Positions 1 through 13,243 of a DNA stretch of 64,000 nt are shown here, piece after piece (within the stretch, counting starts at the first letter, position 1; every line of letters starts with the position of its first letter). A program made the translations under genes and the position numbers. The stretch covers positions 62,001 to 126,000 of the forward strand of contig BQFW01000012.1 of the NCBI GenBank assembly GCA_020891255.1. The letters are read 5' to 3'. Under the pieces are notes generated by a model. It was not told the origin of the DNA. It did not search any database and was given only the letters and a program-made list of their open reading frames with translations. Source of the stretch: Entomortierella parvispora E1425. Lineage: Eukaryota; Fungi; Mortierellomycota.

Positions 1-100
1 TTGCGCCCCAAGACAGTGCCTGTCACTCGACAACTTGAGCTATTCGATCAACAAGAATGGCCCCTTATTCACTTTATTCCTTCCAGTTTTTTTTTACACA

Positions 101-448
101 ATGCAGAAAACCCTCGTATTGATGCTGTCGGCTGTCTTGTGCGCCAGCATGGTCGCAGCCGAATACGCAGTCCAGATCGCCAACAACAACGGATCAAAGT
201 CTCTCAAGTTGACGGCTCCAGATGGTACCCGCCCCTGCATCTGTCTTGCCAGCACTCAGACTGCAACAATCAAGGGCATCAATGGAGGCAACATCAAGGT
301 GTTCTCGTCAGTGGACTGCACTGGCAACTACCAGACCATCGGTAGCAACAGTGCCATCAGCAATGCCCAATGGGTCAACAGCATCTCCTTTGGCGCCTCG
401 GGCTCGTCCAGCGGCCCTGGCAGCTGCCCCAACTGGTACAACAACTGA
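101..448 (+). CDS. Small secreted cysteine-containing protein (115 aa), possibly beta/gamma-crystallin or MiAMP1-like fold
   Basis: ATG at 101. Signal-peptide-like MQKTLVLMLSAVLCASMVAA, four Cys (CIC, DCT, SCP), and beta-strand-type IKVFSSVDCTGN and WVNSISF motifs. The fold assignment is inference. Confidence 0.75.
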   Translation: MQKTLVLMLSAVLCASMVAAEYAVQIANNNGSKSLKLTAPDGTRPCICLASTQTATIKGINGGNIKVFSSVDCTGNYQTIGSNSAISNAQWVNSISFGASGSSSGPGSCPNWYNN

Positions 449-773
449 TTTCAATAAAAAAAAATCCTGTCGTCGGGACTGCAGTTGAACTTTGAGTTGA
501 TTTCAGTCTGCTAGACATGTCATCCTGCTTCGGCTCTGCAGGATTACAGAAACTGTTGATAAAAACACCTGCAAAAGTCTGCCTTGAGAGAAAAAAACAA
601 TGATCAATTGAAATGTCACGCATAGAAACAACCGCAAGAACATCTGGATGGTCAATTGAGGGGGAACAACGGAGACTCAGTTGAAGGATGAGTGTTTATG
701 AATGCCAAAAAAAATATTATGGTGTGTATGATTATTACGTTCTAGTTTAAGGAGTTGGGGTAAAGATGGCAAG

Positions 774-3412
774 CTACACCACTTGGACGTTTTCGATCCA
801 GTTCACCACATAGTTCCTGGCTTTAGGATCGGAAGTGAGTTTGACCGGATGAAGCATGCTTACGCCAGATGTCAGGTAGTTGCGCCAGTATTCACGGCCT
901 CCACCAATCCATAGATACATTTCCTGCCAGCTCAACCAATTTTCAGGTGGCTCTACTGCAACAAGCGCCAATCCAACTGCCATTTCCAAGAAGACACTGT
1001 GCTTGGCAAATCGCTTGAGAACATCGGTCAACTCGACAGAGATCCTTGCTGGGACATAAACAGCGTCGCAATATGATCTAATGTCCGCTGGTCCGTCTAC
1101 TTTGGTGAATGCGGAAATCCTCTTCCGCTGCTCCTCCGTAAGAGATGTGGTGTCATTCCACATGGCAGTCGACTCCTGCTTCAACCAGTGCCAGTCACTT
1201 GGTGGTGGTTTGGCGCGGTCACGGATGTCATAGGTGTGGTCTGGGACCTGCTTCCACACCTTGTCCTGGTCAAACTTTGCAAGCTGGAACACATTCAGAG
1301 CCGTGTCGTCGTTGGTATAGAGGTAGCCCGAGTAGTTGGGAAACCTCTCCATTGCATCAGCAAGAGCTCGGTACGAGGATGTGAATCCCCCGTCATATGG
1401 CTCGACCTCGATGACTTGATCTCTGAGGTCGGTAGGGACCTGGGGCCCATAGACCTTGATATTGGGGAAGTACGGCTTGTAGATGGAAAGGAATGGTTCC
1501 AGAGCTTTGTAGTCGGGGTGATTGAAGTTCACAACCAGGAGAATGTCCTTAAATCGGTCTGATGGGTCGCTCTCCAAGCCGTTGGTGATTTGGATCCGGG
1601 ACATAGGTGGGTCAACATCTGCCTCTAGTTGGCACTGCTTCAAGGCATCACTGGAAAGCTGATGAGATTTTTGTGCTCGGACACGAGGTTCTTCATAGAG
1701 GTAGAGAGAGGCCTCGAACGCCTGAGGGTCGTAGTACGAGACTTTTGGGAAGATGTATCCTACGTTTTGAAGGTCCTTGACCCATCGCTTTGCAAGATCC
1801 ACATCCTCCAGTCCAATGAATTTGTTTTCTGCCATCCCCTCCATCAAGTCGATAATACGAGTTTCGAGATGTGTTGAAGTGGAGTTCCACGAGGAGAGAA
1901 AATCGATGAACTTTGAAGATTGCTCATAGATCTGAAGCTCGTCCATGTAGTCATCGAGGTAATTGTGGGCATTTCGAATCTGATCGACGGTAGGTTTGGT
2001 AAAGCCAAGTGAACCGTTGACGTCCCAAAGCAGGCGCTGGACCCAGTAGCCGCGCCAAATGTCACAAACTCGGAAAGAGACTAGAATGATGTAAAAAGTG
2101 GTTAGTCACTCTACGCCTAAAACCGTAGATCTAGGTAAAAAAGGATGGCTGAAGTACCTGAGATTGGAAGGACGAGGCCCCAGAAGGCATCGTAGCTAAA
2201 CAGCGTATTCTGTATGAAGAGGCGACGAAGGGAAAGAGTTGAAAAAATATAGAATCAGAATCAGACAGACAATCTCAAGATCCAGTGCGTTCACAGGTAT
2301 GGCTGATAATCTACCTGCGAGTTGAAAGGGCAGAATGTCCCTGGTGAGAGTCGAATGGACGGGGATTTCTTGCAAAATTTTGCATGCTTCAGTTCCTGTC
2401 CTTGCGTCAAACGGAAGATTGCATCGACATCAGGGTCCAGGTCCGCCAGTCCTTGTTGGATCATCATTGGGGGAGCCAACACATCTTTTGCCTCCTCAGG
2501 GATGGACGTGTACTCTGTCATGTAGGACACTGGTCGACGAATATCAATCTCTTCCAGGGGAAAGCCGCGGGGCCAGATGTCCGGCCTGCCAAAATGCGAA
2601 TAAATGTTGACACTCTTTCCCGTTGTATTGTCATGGCGATAGCCAACAACACCCTCTGTAGGTGACTCAAAGATAATGTCGCTTCCTGTAGGCAGATTGT
2701 CATCTAAGTGTACCGCAATTCATTAGAAGGCATCTAGTTAGTTTGGCTGATCAAAGCGTCAAAGTGAAAATGCTGGAAAGATCTGCCAAGCTGGAAAGTT
2801 ACCATCGGTATCAAAAACTTTGGTGGCTCCGTGCTGAATGGCCCACAGATAGCCGATGTTTTTGCGGGTGTATGCCTTGTACGGGATAACTTCAACAATA
2901 TCATAGCTGAGGCATTGCTGGTCCTCGACAGAGAGATACACGCAAGATCCACAGGTCCATTCCTTGGGAGACTTTGTGTCAGCTACCACCACCACCTATA
3001 GAGCGCAGACGTCGGAAGGTTAGAACAAAGCAAGATATGCCTTTATCACCATGACGAAAAAAAAAAAAAGTCCTTTCGGATCGGCACTCACGTTCCAACC
3101 GTCCAGGTTGCACAATAGATCCATCGCATCCGTTGGTTGGTTGATCGTAGTCACTACAATCCAGCTCTTGCCAGTGATCTTCCGCTTTGCGTCGAGTTCC
3201 TTGCTCCTGCGTCCACAATCGACAGCAGCTACATGGGGTAGCACCTTCTCATCCTGATTTGTGGATGATCGCTGGAGAGGGAATTGGATGTGGATGAGAG
3301 AGAGGGTAAGGAAGAAGCATAGTGCAGCGAGGATGCCGCACAGCCTCGTGTTGCGAGGGATGCGGTTGAGGGCACTGTAGCGAACATCGCTAAAGCCGAG
3401 CTGGGCCGACAT
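774..3412 (-). CDS. STELLO-like / DUF288 putative glycosyltransferase, type II membrane protein, multi-exon
   Basis: N-terminal TM (LCGILAALCFFLTLSLIHI). Spliced motifs WIVVTTIN, RKNIGYLWAIQHGA-DTDDDN (joined across intron 2802-2704), QQGLADLDPDVDAIFRL, NTLFSYDAFWGLVLP, DIWRGYWVQRLLW and C-terminal GYLYTNDD parallel plant STL1/STL2. GT-AG intron also at 3091-2996. Confidence 0.85.
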
Positions 3413-3548
3413 GCGATGAAATTAGCTCTAAAGAGAGGAGAGGAGCAGAGATTGTGCGAGAAGGAGGGATGCAGGCGAGGAATGAGGACAAGAAAGAAGG
3501 AAATGAGCCATCCATTCATCATCTGAATGATGATGGAATGATGGACAC

Positions 3549-3588
<40 letters not shown>

Positions 3589-6500
3589 CGCCCGACTGCA
3601 GCCAACGGGCGAGTGGCTCCCTTCCCATACCCTCAGGAGACAGGGACAGAGCCAGGGACAGGGACAGGCCGTGTTCCACCCATCCAGCGTCGCGGGTTTC
3701 GGAGGACGCACCCTTCCTGACTTGCACCCTGCCTCGAGGACGACAATACTATTCACCAGACTCCCCTCCGACGATATATCCAGGCACGGAAAGAAGATTG
3801 CCTGCAGAAACAATGGCTCCAATTGAGATGCGCTTGTCTTCTACGCGCTCGTGCTCAGAAAAAAACAAACCAAAATAAAAACATCTGCTGTCAGTCACCA
3901 CAACACAGCCCCGATGCGGAGGACTGGAGAAAAGTTGAAAAAGACAAGAGGAGGCATAGACAAGGTTCCTTTTGTGTTGTTAAGTTAGACACTGTGAGCG
4001 TGTTGCAGAGTGAAAAGCAGTTCAAATTTGAGTGAGAAAATGGTTTAAAGACTCTCTTGATATTTGACTGAGAAGCGATCTGTTCATAATGACAGAAGTT
4101 ACGAAGTAGAGTCGATAAAGCGTGATCAAGAACGACGTGCCTCGTGGAGCATCCAAGAAAGACGTGGGATCAGGGGAGAGGAGAGCAAGATTTGTTCAAC
4201 CGACAAAAAAAAAAAAAAAAAAAAAGGAAATGGACAGGGACAGGCGGAACAGGCTGCATTCCAAGAACGCAGAGTGCGCGGGTCCCGTTGGAGGACTCAG
4301 GAGGACTCAGGAGGACTCAGCCTCTACAGTTCTGGTGCGGTGGAAGAGCTTTCTTCCTGAGACCTACTTGCACCTTGCCCGTTGCAAGTGATAGATTGCC
4401 AGCCTTCCACATGGCAGCAAACCACCACCGTCTCTTTCAACTCTCATTCTCATCTCTGCTGCAGGGCCTTCGCTCCACTTCACCGCCTCCACCGTCCATT
4501 TCCTACTCCTTGCATCTCAGCCCGTCAGTAGCGAAGTGCCGAGAGGGTTCAAAACTTCAGCAAAGGTTGGGTTGAGCTAAAAATGGTGGCAAAATACCTT
4601 CTTGGTCGGTTCAGACCACAATCTCACCTCTCGAGTTGGATGCTTCGATCGGAAGCAATGGACGTAGGGAGGCGCCCTCCTGCTTGACGCACGTTGCTTG
4701 TTTCAACCCATGTTCGTGGAATTGAACCACAACATGGAGGGGGAATTGCCTATGGAAAACGTCCTCCAATCCACATGTCTCCGATAACGCTCATCGTGCA
4801 TCCAAGGGAAACGGAGCATCAAAATTCTCGGCGCATGTTTTTTTTTTTTTCTTCTCTCGACAAAAAGCACAAGGTAAAAGGGGGGTGGAAGCAAGAGCGA
4901 TTGGCGCACACCGGGAAACTACAATTGGCGTTGGAAGAGCTTGTGAGAGCGATAAGTGGGAACCTTACAGCAGCGCCACAGCCCTCACATCTGTCGACTG
5001 CTCATAAAAACGATCGTGGGCGAAATCTTAACCTTTTCAACTGTTGTCCGTTCTATTGCTCAAAGTGCACATTTTTGTAATCATGAGGTCTTGGAGTTGC
5101 CAGCCACGTTATTTTCTGAGCGGTTACGCCCGGAACAAAGATCTTTGAACAGAGAGAGATACTACCATGACGATAGAGCTATCATCTAGTCTGATCCAGG
5201 GCCGTCACCTTCAAGTCCGATGGGTTCAATATCTAATTTGATTACATAGTCGGCTCTCCTCGGACTGGGATCCATTCCGCTTTGTGATTCTCGGGCCAAT
5301 GCTTGGTCCGAGTGGCATAGTGGAAGAACTGGCTGTTTCTATTTTTCTGAGGAAAGAGGGAGAGAGAGGAAAAATCTTTGAGGGGGTCGGGGGCGAGACC
5401 TGGCACAGTCTGACGGGGCGCAGGGTGAAGGGTGACATGGAAGGAGGTCTGGATCAATGGTCCTGCTGCGCGACGACGAGGACGTGTGGAGCAGAGAGCA
5501 ATTGGAGTTGTTACTGACATGATCAGCTCCCCTTGCTCTATCCCTCATTCTTGCATTGCGATCCCTGAATCCCTCTGTCATGGAGCAAAGCGCAAACATG
5601 AGCAGGTATGTGCACTTGTGGTAAGGCAATCCCTCCGTCCGAGGAGAGAGCGTGCTAGATGAAGTTTGGGTGGTTTGGTGTATTCACCCGACGCGGCGAG
5701 TTTGACGCCAAAGCAAATGAAAACGAAAACCAGATCCGTGATTCTCACCCCCCGCCCCAGAGCCCGCCTTACTGGACCCTGCCACGAATGGGAGATCCAT
5801 CGTCACTGCAGGCAGGCAATGAGATTCAGTTCATTGATCTTATGAATGAACCGGAATGGAATGAAAAAGGGACGCTGAGTCATTCCTTTGCAGCGACAGG
5901 CAAAAAAAGGAAAATGAAAAGGAGGATGGCCAAACGCGTCGCTTTTCTTTTTCCGATCCGTGAGATCGCTTTTTTTTTTGACCGCAACCACCACATGCCT
6001 CTGCCCGATGTGCCTGGCTATCATCCTCATCATCATCCACCTTCGTAGCCACTCTGCTCTCACCCCTACTCCTGTTCCTGACTCATCCATCTGCTCTGTC
6101 TCTCGTTGTTCCTGCTTCCGCCCCGCCTTCTCCTTCCCCTTCGAACAGGATCAGCCTTACCTGAATATCTTCCCTCAGCCCCTGCCTTTTTTTCCGGATC
6201 TACCTCCTACCCCCCCCCCCCCCGACTCTGCTTCCCTCTACAAAGGCACCATCCATACATCCAAGCCGGGAAAAAAAACACCAAGCACGCTTCCGCGGAC
6301 CCAAAGACGTAATAGTAGTAGAGATCGGTGGGACGCTCGAAACACACCGACTCCCCTCCTCAGGAACACGCGGCAATTGGGAGGAACGATCAGAAAAGAA
6401 AAAACGCCAGGACATTGCTCTTTTTTCAAGCTTTTACTCTTGTGCAACCTGTCCAACCTGTCGTCCTTCCTCCGCCCGAACTCCCCCCTGGTTTGCTCTC

Positions 6501-6865
6501 TTTCCCCCTCGGTCCACAGCACGTTGAGGGAGGCACGTCCATTTCGATATTTTTGAAGTCTACGCTTCTATTCTTAGTAGGCACAACCATCACTTTCTTA
6601 TTTTATTTCAACTGCCGTCTCAATCTCCATCCAGCCGTGGTTCAACTCTGGTTTTCACTGTCCACTCGCCCTTTTGTCCCTGCACATACCCCTGGAGTAT
6701 ATATCCCAGAAGAATACGCCTTCATTATCTCATATCGACACAAAGCAGAGAGCCGCCTTTTGTTCCTCTGTCTCGAACAGCAGCCTCGACCAGACAGACA
6801 CCTTTTTTTTTTCATCATAAGCAAGTACGCTCTCAAGGCGCCTTTGTTTTGTCTCAAGATTCAAG

Positions 6866-9259
6866 ATGGATTCCTTTGGACATCATCGTCGGCCTTCATT
6901 GCCTTCTACTTCTTTGTCCTCTACGTCCTCTTCCCCGTCTTCCTCTTCTTCCTCCTCTTCCTCCTCTTCTTCTCTCTTCACTTTTGTTTTCTCATTTCTC
7001 GCCTTTTCTACTTTCACTGCCACTTTAAGTCCGAGCTCACCTTCTCAAAAGATTCCTTCCTCTCCTTCTCCTTCCCCCTCGCCCTCCTCTCGATTTTCTA
7101 CAACGCCGTTCTATTCACTCTTCCTCTCTATTCTCACTGCCTTGAATTTTGTTGTAATCGCCCAAGCGAAAACATCCGACCACTTCCCCTCCCCTCCTTC
7201 CTCTTCCACCAGCGACAATAACAGTAACGACGACCGCTTCAACAACGATAACAACATTACAAACGACAATAATAACAACACTGATTTTGATCCAAATCTG
7301 ATGGAAGCTGCTGCTCCTCCTGCTGTTCCCCCACCTTCTGGTGGTCGACAAACTGGCCTCCCTGTTGAGCCCTCCACCACCACCAAAAATGTCACCCCGC
7401 CACTCATTACCACCGCGCCTGCCCTCACTACTGTTGACCCATTGCCAGCGACCACCACCACAACCACGACAATCCATACCTTTTCGGATCACATCATCAC
7501 TGTCGATCTCCCAACGAGTTCCAGCAACGGACAAAGAGGAGTGAGTCCAACACTAAATTTCCCGACAGAGACACCTTATGGATATGAAGATGACAAGAAC
7601 ACGAACGGTGGTCTGATGTTGACGGTTTCACTGGTGGTCGTGTTCGTGGTCCTGGCGGGGCTGATATTGGTCGTGTTTTGTCTCTTCCGAAGACGGTCAG
7701 CCCTGGCGCGTCGACAGATGCGGCAACTCTCAAAAGGGGCATCCTCCTCCTCTGTGCTCGAGAGTGGCACTGGAGGTAAAACAGGATCAACGGTTCGGGA
7801 TAATAATAACAACACTCGTCATAGTTTCAGCGGGATCCGAGGCATTGGTGGAGATAGCCGCTCGAGCGGGATCTTTTTGGCTGGCGGCGCTGCCGGACTT
7901 TCGGGTTCCAACGCAAGTCAGAATGGTAGCGGCATTGGCACGCCTGGGACGATTGGAAGCCATTATGGCGCCTCTGAGATAGACATCAACCGAGCTCTAC
8001 AGGAAATGTCGGAATTGCACCAGAGTCATCGACTGTCCAAGAGGAGTAGTACCCTCAGCTTGGGCCACTCGCGTATGTTGAGCCCTGTCATGTCTGCTGC
8101 TGCAGTGGCAGGTGCGAGACCACCCAGTGCATTGGGATCTGGGTATTACAGTGGATCTAATTCTGGAACGCCTGGTGGTCCAGGAGCCGACAGCGATAGT
8201 CGCGCCAACAGTTTTGTAGGTGGAGGCGGTGGAAGCACCGGCACTGGTGGAGGGGATTCTAATTCCGGACCTGAATCTGGTTCTTTGTCTGGGCCCAGCG
8301 AGTTCAGGCACAGTCGTTATGAGGAGCACTATGGACGGGTCAGTCCGCACCCACAACCTCTTCACCTTCAGCAGCAGCAGCAGCAAGAATTTATGCAAGA
8401 TCAGCCTCCACAATTGCTTGGCACAGGTCAGGACGTTGGTGTTGAGCAAACCACAGATCGCGCAATAGCTCCAGCACCGCCATTGCCATCCACCCCCCAG
8501 GTCCACGTTCACCCTTTCCCGCCAATGAACCGCAGCACAGGGCACCTCCCCGTGCATGGAGAACGGCCTCAGAGTATGATGGTTCCCCCACAGTCGTCTT
8601 CAGCACTTGTCATCCCTCCTTCAATCACAACAAGGAGACGATCCATGATGAACACAAACAGCATGTATATGGCCCAAGCGGGCCAAGGTCCTCCATTCAT
8701 CCCGCAGCCGCAACAGCCAGCCTTCTACGCTTCGCCTCCTCAGTTTTACCAGCAACAGCAGCAACAACAACAGTCCTTCTACCCTCCGCAGCCGTATCAA
8801 CTCCAACAGTACGATTACGTCGACTCACCGTACGAAAATCCCTCCACCCACCCTTCATCCAACAACCCCTTGTCGACCGATCCAACACAACGTGGACAAG
8901 ATCCAGGCACATCCTCTATCGCCGCTGCCGCCACCGACTCTGTCCTCAATTTCTCGGATAAACTCGACTCTAGGCGGGAAGAAGACGGGGAGGGGGAGGG
9001 GGAGGCTGAAGCAGAGGCCGAGGATATGGGAGCAGGGGTAGGGGGTGGATCCCCCTCCTCGAGTCTTCTCCTCGGAGCAAAAAGACAATCTCTCTCGCTG
9101 ACCTCGGAAGTCGAGGGCCACCAGCCCAAGGCCGTGATCCCATCTCCGCCTCAGACGACAGCCATCGTCGTCCTCCCTGACACATCAGCCTCAACTGCTG
9201 CAGGTTCTTCCACCTCCGACGCTGAAATGACACACTCAAATACCATCCATCCCGCATAG
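6866..9259 (+). CDS. Single-pass membrane protein with Ser/Thr/Pro-rich ectodomain and long disordered cytoplasmic tail (cell-surface sensor-like)
   Basis: 797-aa uninterrupted ORF with hydrophobic N-terminal segments ending VVIAQA, a T/P-rich region, and a clear TM (LMLTVSLVVVFVVLAGLILVVFCLF) followed by RRR. Confidence 0.7.
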   Translation: MDSFGHHRRPSLPSTSLSSTSSSPSSSSSSSSSSSSLFTFVFSFLAFSTFTATLSPSSPSQKIPSSPSPSPSPSSRFSTTPFYSLFLSILTALNFVVIAQAKTSDHFPSPPSSSTSDNNSNDDRFNNDNNITNDNNNNTDFDPNLMEAAAPPAVPPPSGGRQTGLPVEPSTTTKNVTPPLITTAPALTTVDPLPATTTTTTTIHTFSDHIITVDLPTSSSNGQRGVSPTLNFPTETPYGYEDDKNTNGGLMLTVSLVVVFVVLAGLILVVFCLFRRRSALARRQMRQLSKGASSSSVLESGTGGKTGSTVRDNNNNTRHSFSGIRGIGGDSRSSGIFLAGGAAGLSGSNASQNGSGIGTPGTIGSHYGASEIDINRALQEMSELHQSHRLSKRSSTLSLGHSRMLSPVMSAAAVAGARPPSALGSGYYSGSNSGTPGGPGADSDSRANSFVGGGGGSTGTGGGDSNSGPESGSLSGPSEFRHSRYEEHYGRVSPHPQPLHLQQQQQQEFMQDQPPQLLGTGQDVGVEQTTDRAIAPAPPLPSTPQVHVHPFPPMNRSTGHLPVHGERPQSMMVPPQSSSALVIPPSITTRRRSMMNTNSMYMAQAGQGPPFIPQPQQPAFYASPPQFYQQQQQQQQSFYPPQPYQLQQYDYVDSPYENPSTHPSSNNPLSTDPTQRGQDPGTSSIAAAATDSVLNFSDKLDSRREEDGEGEGEAEAEAEDMGAGVGGGSPSSSLLLGAKRQSLSLTSEVEGHQPKAVIPSPPQTTAIVVLPDTSASTAAGSSTSDAEMTHSNTIHPA

Positions 9260-9524
9260 TAGCGAATCTAGCATACCCCTACCCTCTTCCCCGACTTTCT
9301 CCTTCCCCTATCCCTTTCTATCCCACCCCCAAAAAAAGTAATAGAAAAAACTCAGTGAACAAGCAGAACTATCATGACGAGTCTTTTTTTTTCTTTTCTG
9401 TTTTTGTATTGTTTCTTATTAGTGGGGTGTCTCGCATACAGCGATCGGTCTATTAGATGTGGGAACTATTGACAAAAGAGAGGCACCCACCCCTTCTCCT
9501 TTGCGTATTTCTTTCATTCTTATT

Positions 9525-12500
9525 TTACTTTTTCACAGTTGATCGAGAGGCCTGGGCCGCGGCCCTGGCACTTTTCCTCTTGGCCCTGAACTGATCGTAA
9601 CGACGGTCAATGTCTTTGGTGGTCAGATCAAACGACCCCATCCTCTTGAAGCATGCCTCCATCAGCTTGTGACAGTCAATCATTCTCTTGGGTATGTTCT
9701 ATACAGAAAAAAGAGCGAGGAAAGTAATACCCCCAAAAGGTTTTTGTTAAGATACAATTGCCAACCAGACACTGACCAATGGTACGAAGAAGGGTGGCTA
9801 ATGATTACCTGGACCACCTGGAACACTTCTAAAGGATCATCGATCTTTGCAATCTCGGTTTCATGCATTCGAAGAATTGTCAGTGCAACTCGAAACAAGA
9901 TCTTGCGACCTTCATAAAAGAAGCAATCCCAGACTCGAAGGATGGACTAATGATAGATCAGAGTCGTAGTTAATATGAAAACCCTTTTTCTTTTCTCGCG
10001 TCTCCACGCGTTCATGCATTTCGCAGGATGGGTCTTACCTCCACTGGTAGAATGTTGATGAAAAGAGTCAAGAACCAATGACTGGTGACCAGAGTCACCG
10101 TTGGCAATCCAGGTCCTTCATCCATTTCGACTGAAGTCGCGCCTCCACTGAACTTTGCCCACACTGTTGGTAATCTTTCCATGATAAGCGTCATGAGCAC
10201 GGCTTGATCCACATTAGCACCCTCCATTGTCACGTCGTACATGCCTTCTGGCAAGAAGTTTTGAATGATCACCGACAATGTCCAGAAGGACTGTTCCTCG
10301 TTCATGAACAATAGCAACATCCCTGCAATATAATTCAGTGACTGGCAGTAACCGATGGAAGGGCAATGCAAACTGAAAGCCAGGAGCACACGACGCAATG
10401 ATTGGATAGCAGCCACACTGTCTGTTGAAACTTGAGAAGCGCCATCCTGCTGCTGTGTGATCTGGGACTTGAAGTTGATGTTCTCGGGGAACGTTCTGTG
10501 GAGATCTGCAGGGAAAATCAAGGCGGTTAGTTCCTAAAAAAAAGGCTCCGTGTTTCTCGATCCCTGAAGAATAAACTGCCCTTCGTAGCGTTCCTCTTAC
10601 CTCTTTCGATCACTTCTGCATATTCATTTGAAGATCCTTTGAGCTTTGCTTGGTTCACCAGTCGCTTAAAGAGTCCTGGATTGGCATTGCATTTATCCTC
10701 CGCTCCACTGTAGTGAAACCATGCCTAAAAGTCAAATCAATTGGGTTAGAAAATCTATATCAATTTGGAATCCGGACAGGACAAAAATAAAAAAAATAAA
10801 AGGGTGCTTACCTCGCCTCGCAGTGCAGGTGGAATGCCTTTTCGAATGTATCGCTTGACTTTTTGGCGTAAAGAGGTGGAAAATAGCAGAACAAAAAAAG
10901 ATCAGCAGATCGCTCACACCTCCCTGCATTTCATTCAGTCTAGATAGATAGAACCCCTTACGTTTAGCAGACCGAGGAGGGAGCTCTCCATGAGAATCGT
11001 TCATGAAGATGGCCCATTTTTGACGTCGCCTTTCCATGATGGGTATATAGTACGTCTCAAAGATGACAAAATCATGGTGCGAAAGCCATTGCGACTCTTT
11101 CTTGAATCCATATTGATCCCTAGAAGAAAAAGGCACGGTGGAAAATAAAGAAAGACAAAGCCCAAATTTCAGTCTAGATCCATGATAAAGCTGGGCTCTC
11201 CTTTTCATCTTTTTTTTCTTTTTTTGAGTTGCTGTACCTCTCCACATGATCATCATTGGTCTTTTCGACGGTGACAATTGGCTTGAGTCGCGACGTCTTT
11301 GACTTTGGTTTGGACTCGAGTTGGCCTGGGAGGCCGTTGAAAGACCGGGTTTCCTTGGATTCGTTTGTGAAATTATTCTGGGATACCTGGGGGTAGAGTG
11401 AAAGCTTTGGTGTTGACCGAGAAGCGATCTGACTGGACTGTACGTGTAAATTTTGGTAAGGCGACTTGGATGAGGAAGGTGCTGATTGAGAAGGCGATGA
11501 TGCCTGGTCCCGCTGACGTAAACGCTCTTGAGAAGTCGTCTGATGAAGCTGTTGTGGTCGCTCCTGGTGGCGTTGGGAAGGTCTTCGAGGTGTCCGTGTC
11601 TCCTGTTCCTGTCCTTGACCCCTACTTTGCGTAGATGCATGCTCATTGCCGTTGTGTGACACACTGACACCACGGCGCAATGGCGTTATTGGGTGCGCCT
11701 CGTGTGAAGAATTTTGGGGCTGGTCTGAAGGAACTCTGTAAGAATCGAGTTGAGTTTGAGTCAAGTTGGGCGAGTTAATTTGAATATGCTGAAAGTTTCC
11801 TCGAAGGTTGTGGATCGTGGGATCGGCCGTGTGGGAACGCGCTCGACCAACGAGTCCGTCCACTGATTTGCTCGACTTTAGTTGGCGATGTTGAGAAAAT
11901 TGATGCTGCCTTTGATGAGCGGTGCTGGTAAAGTTGGGTAGTGGAGTCCGATCGAGATCATGGCCATTTGTCCGAGGCGAAGATGGCTGGAGCGCTGCTG
12001 CTGAAGTGGTAGCCATGGCGATTGCTGGGGTATCTTTCTTTCCAAGAAGAGCTCCGATCCTATTGGCAACAGACCGTCGTCTTGATATGTTCTCGGCCTT
12101 GCGATCTGGATGCTTAATAGGCTGGATCGGCGGAGGGTGCTGATGGTGATGCTGCTTTTGCTTTTCTGGTCGTGAGGTAGAGGTTGTCCTTGTAGGGAAT
12201 TTGGGCACTCGAGGAGATTGCGATGGGGTTACAGATGAGTCTGACAAGGAGCGTAAATGAGTCTTAGGATGAGGATGAGGATGGCTCGTGTCCTTGAGGG
12301 TCCTGTCTCCAGTTCTGGTGGCGGTCCTGGCGGTCCTATCCTTGTGCTTGTCGTTGTGGCTGTCCTCGTGAACCGCGACTTTGTCCTTGCTTCGGTCAGA
12401 CTGGTGATGAGAACAAGGATGGAGAAAGAATGAATGAGTGGACGTGATGACAGGATGAGAAGGGGGAAAGGAGGCGAGAAGGAAGGTAAAAAAAAAAAGG

Positions 12501-13243
12501 AGCGAAACAAAAAGAGAGCGCTGAACTGGTGCAGTGTGCTTTTCGCACTGATTGATTCTGGCACACTGCACACTGCACACTGCACACTGCACACTGCACA
12601 CCTCCACTGCACTGCCAAATCGGTGCCTGGACGAGGGACGGAGGGATGGGAGAGGGTGTGTGTGCTTCGCCTCTTTCTCTCTCTCTGTCTCCTTCTCTCT
12701 CTTCTCTTTTCTCTGTTCGAAAGAGAGAGACAGAGAGAGCACGCGATGGATCTTCCTTCTCCTCCTTCCTCTACTTCTTTTCTTTCCTCTCCTTCTCTTC
12801 TTTCTTGTTTCTCTGGTCCATTCATTCCTCATGGACATGCACTCCCCCATCAACTGGCACATGCTGTAGTTCTTGTCCCACTGGAAAAATATAGCCGAGC
12901 ACGCTTGCAGGCAAACCACATCCAAGTCTGTCCCGCCTCTCTCTGACAGCCCCATGTCCCTCTCCTGCCCTGGGAAACATACTTGATCGTGTCTCCGGAT
13001 ACTTGCTCCTCGAATAGGGATCGGTGGTTTTGTTGAGGCGGGTTTAGATTTGGTCTTTGTTGATGCCGTCCTTGTTATTGTCCTGTGTCTCCTCTCCTCC
13101 TTGCTGTCGTCATGACCAGGGATAGCATGTAGAGTCTCTATTGTACCAAGGCTCTTATCCTTGTCCTTGCTTCTTATGGGGCTCTGGACAATCTCAAAGG
13201 CCTCATATCCCTTGTCTTTCGAAGAGTTCCAAGGCAGCTTCAT
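9525..13243 (-). CDS. TBC-domain Rab GTPase-activating protein, multi-exon
   Basis: TBC motifs DLHRTFP, LRRVLLAFS, GYCQSLNYIAGMLLL, WFLTLFIN and FRVALTI. Long disordered N-terminus. Stop TAA at 9527-9525 after ...RSTVKK. Probable first intron 12982-12401. Confidence 0.85.
12561..12601. repeat. 7-bp tandem repeat (GCACACT), about 6 copies
   Basis: Directly visible; lies in the probable first intron of the TBC gene. Confidence 0.9.

Noticed and set aside
3549-3585. Long poly-A run (also 21842-21864 and similar) as a retroposon tail
   Set aside because: No adjoining element body or TSD was seen, and homopolymer runs are frequent throughout the window.
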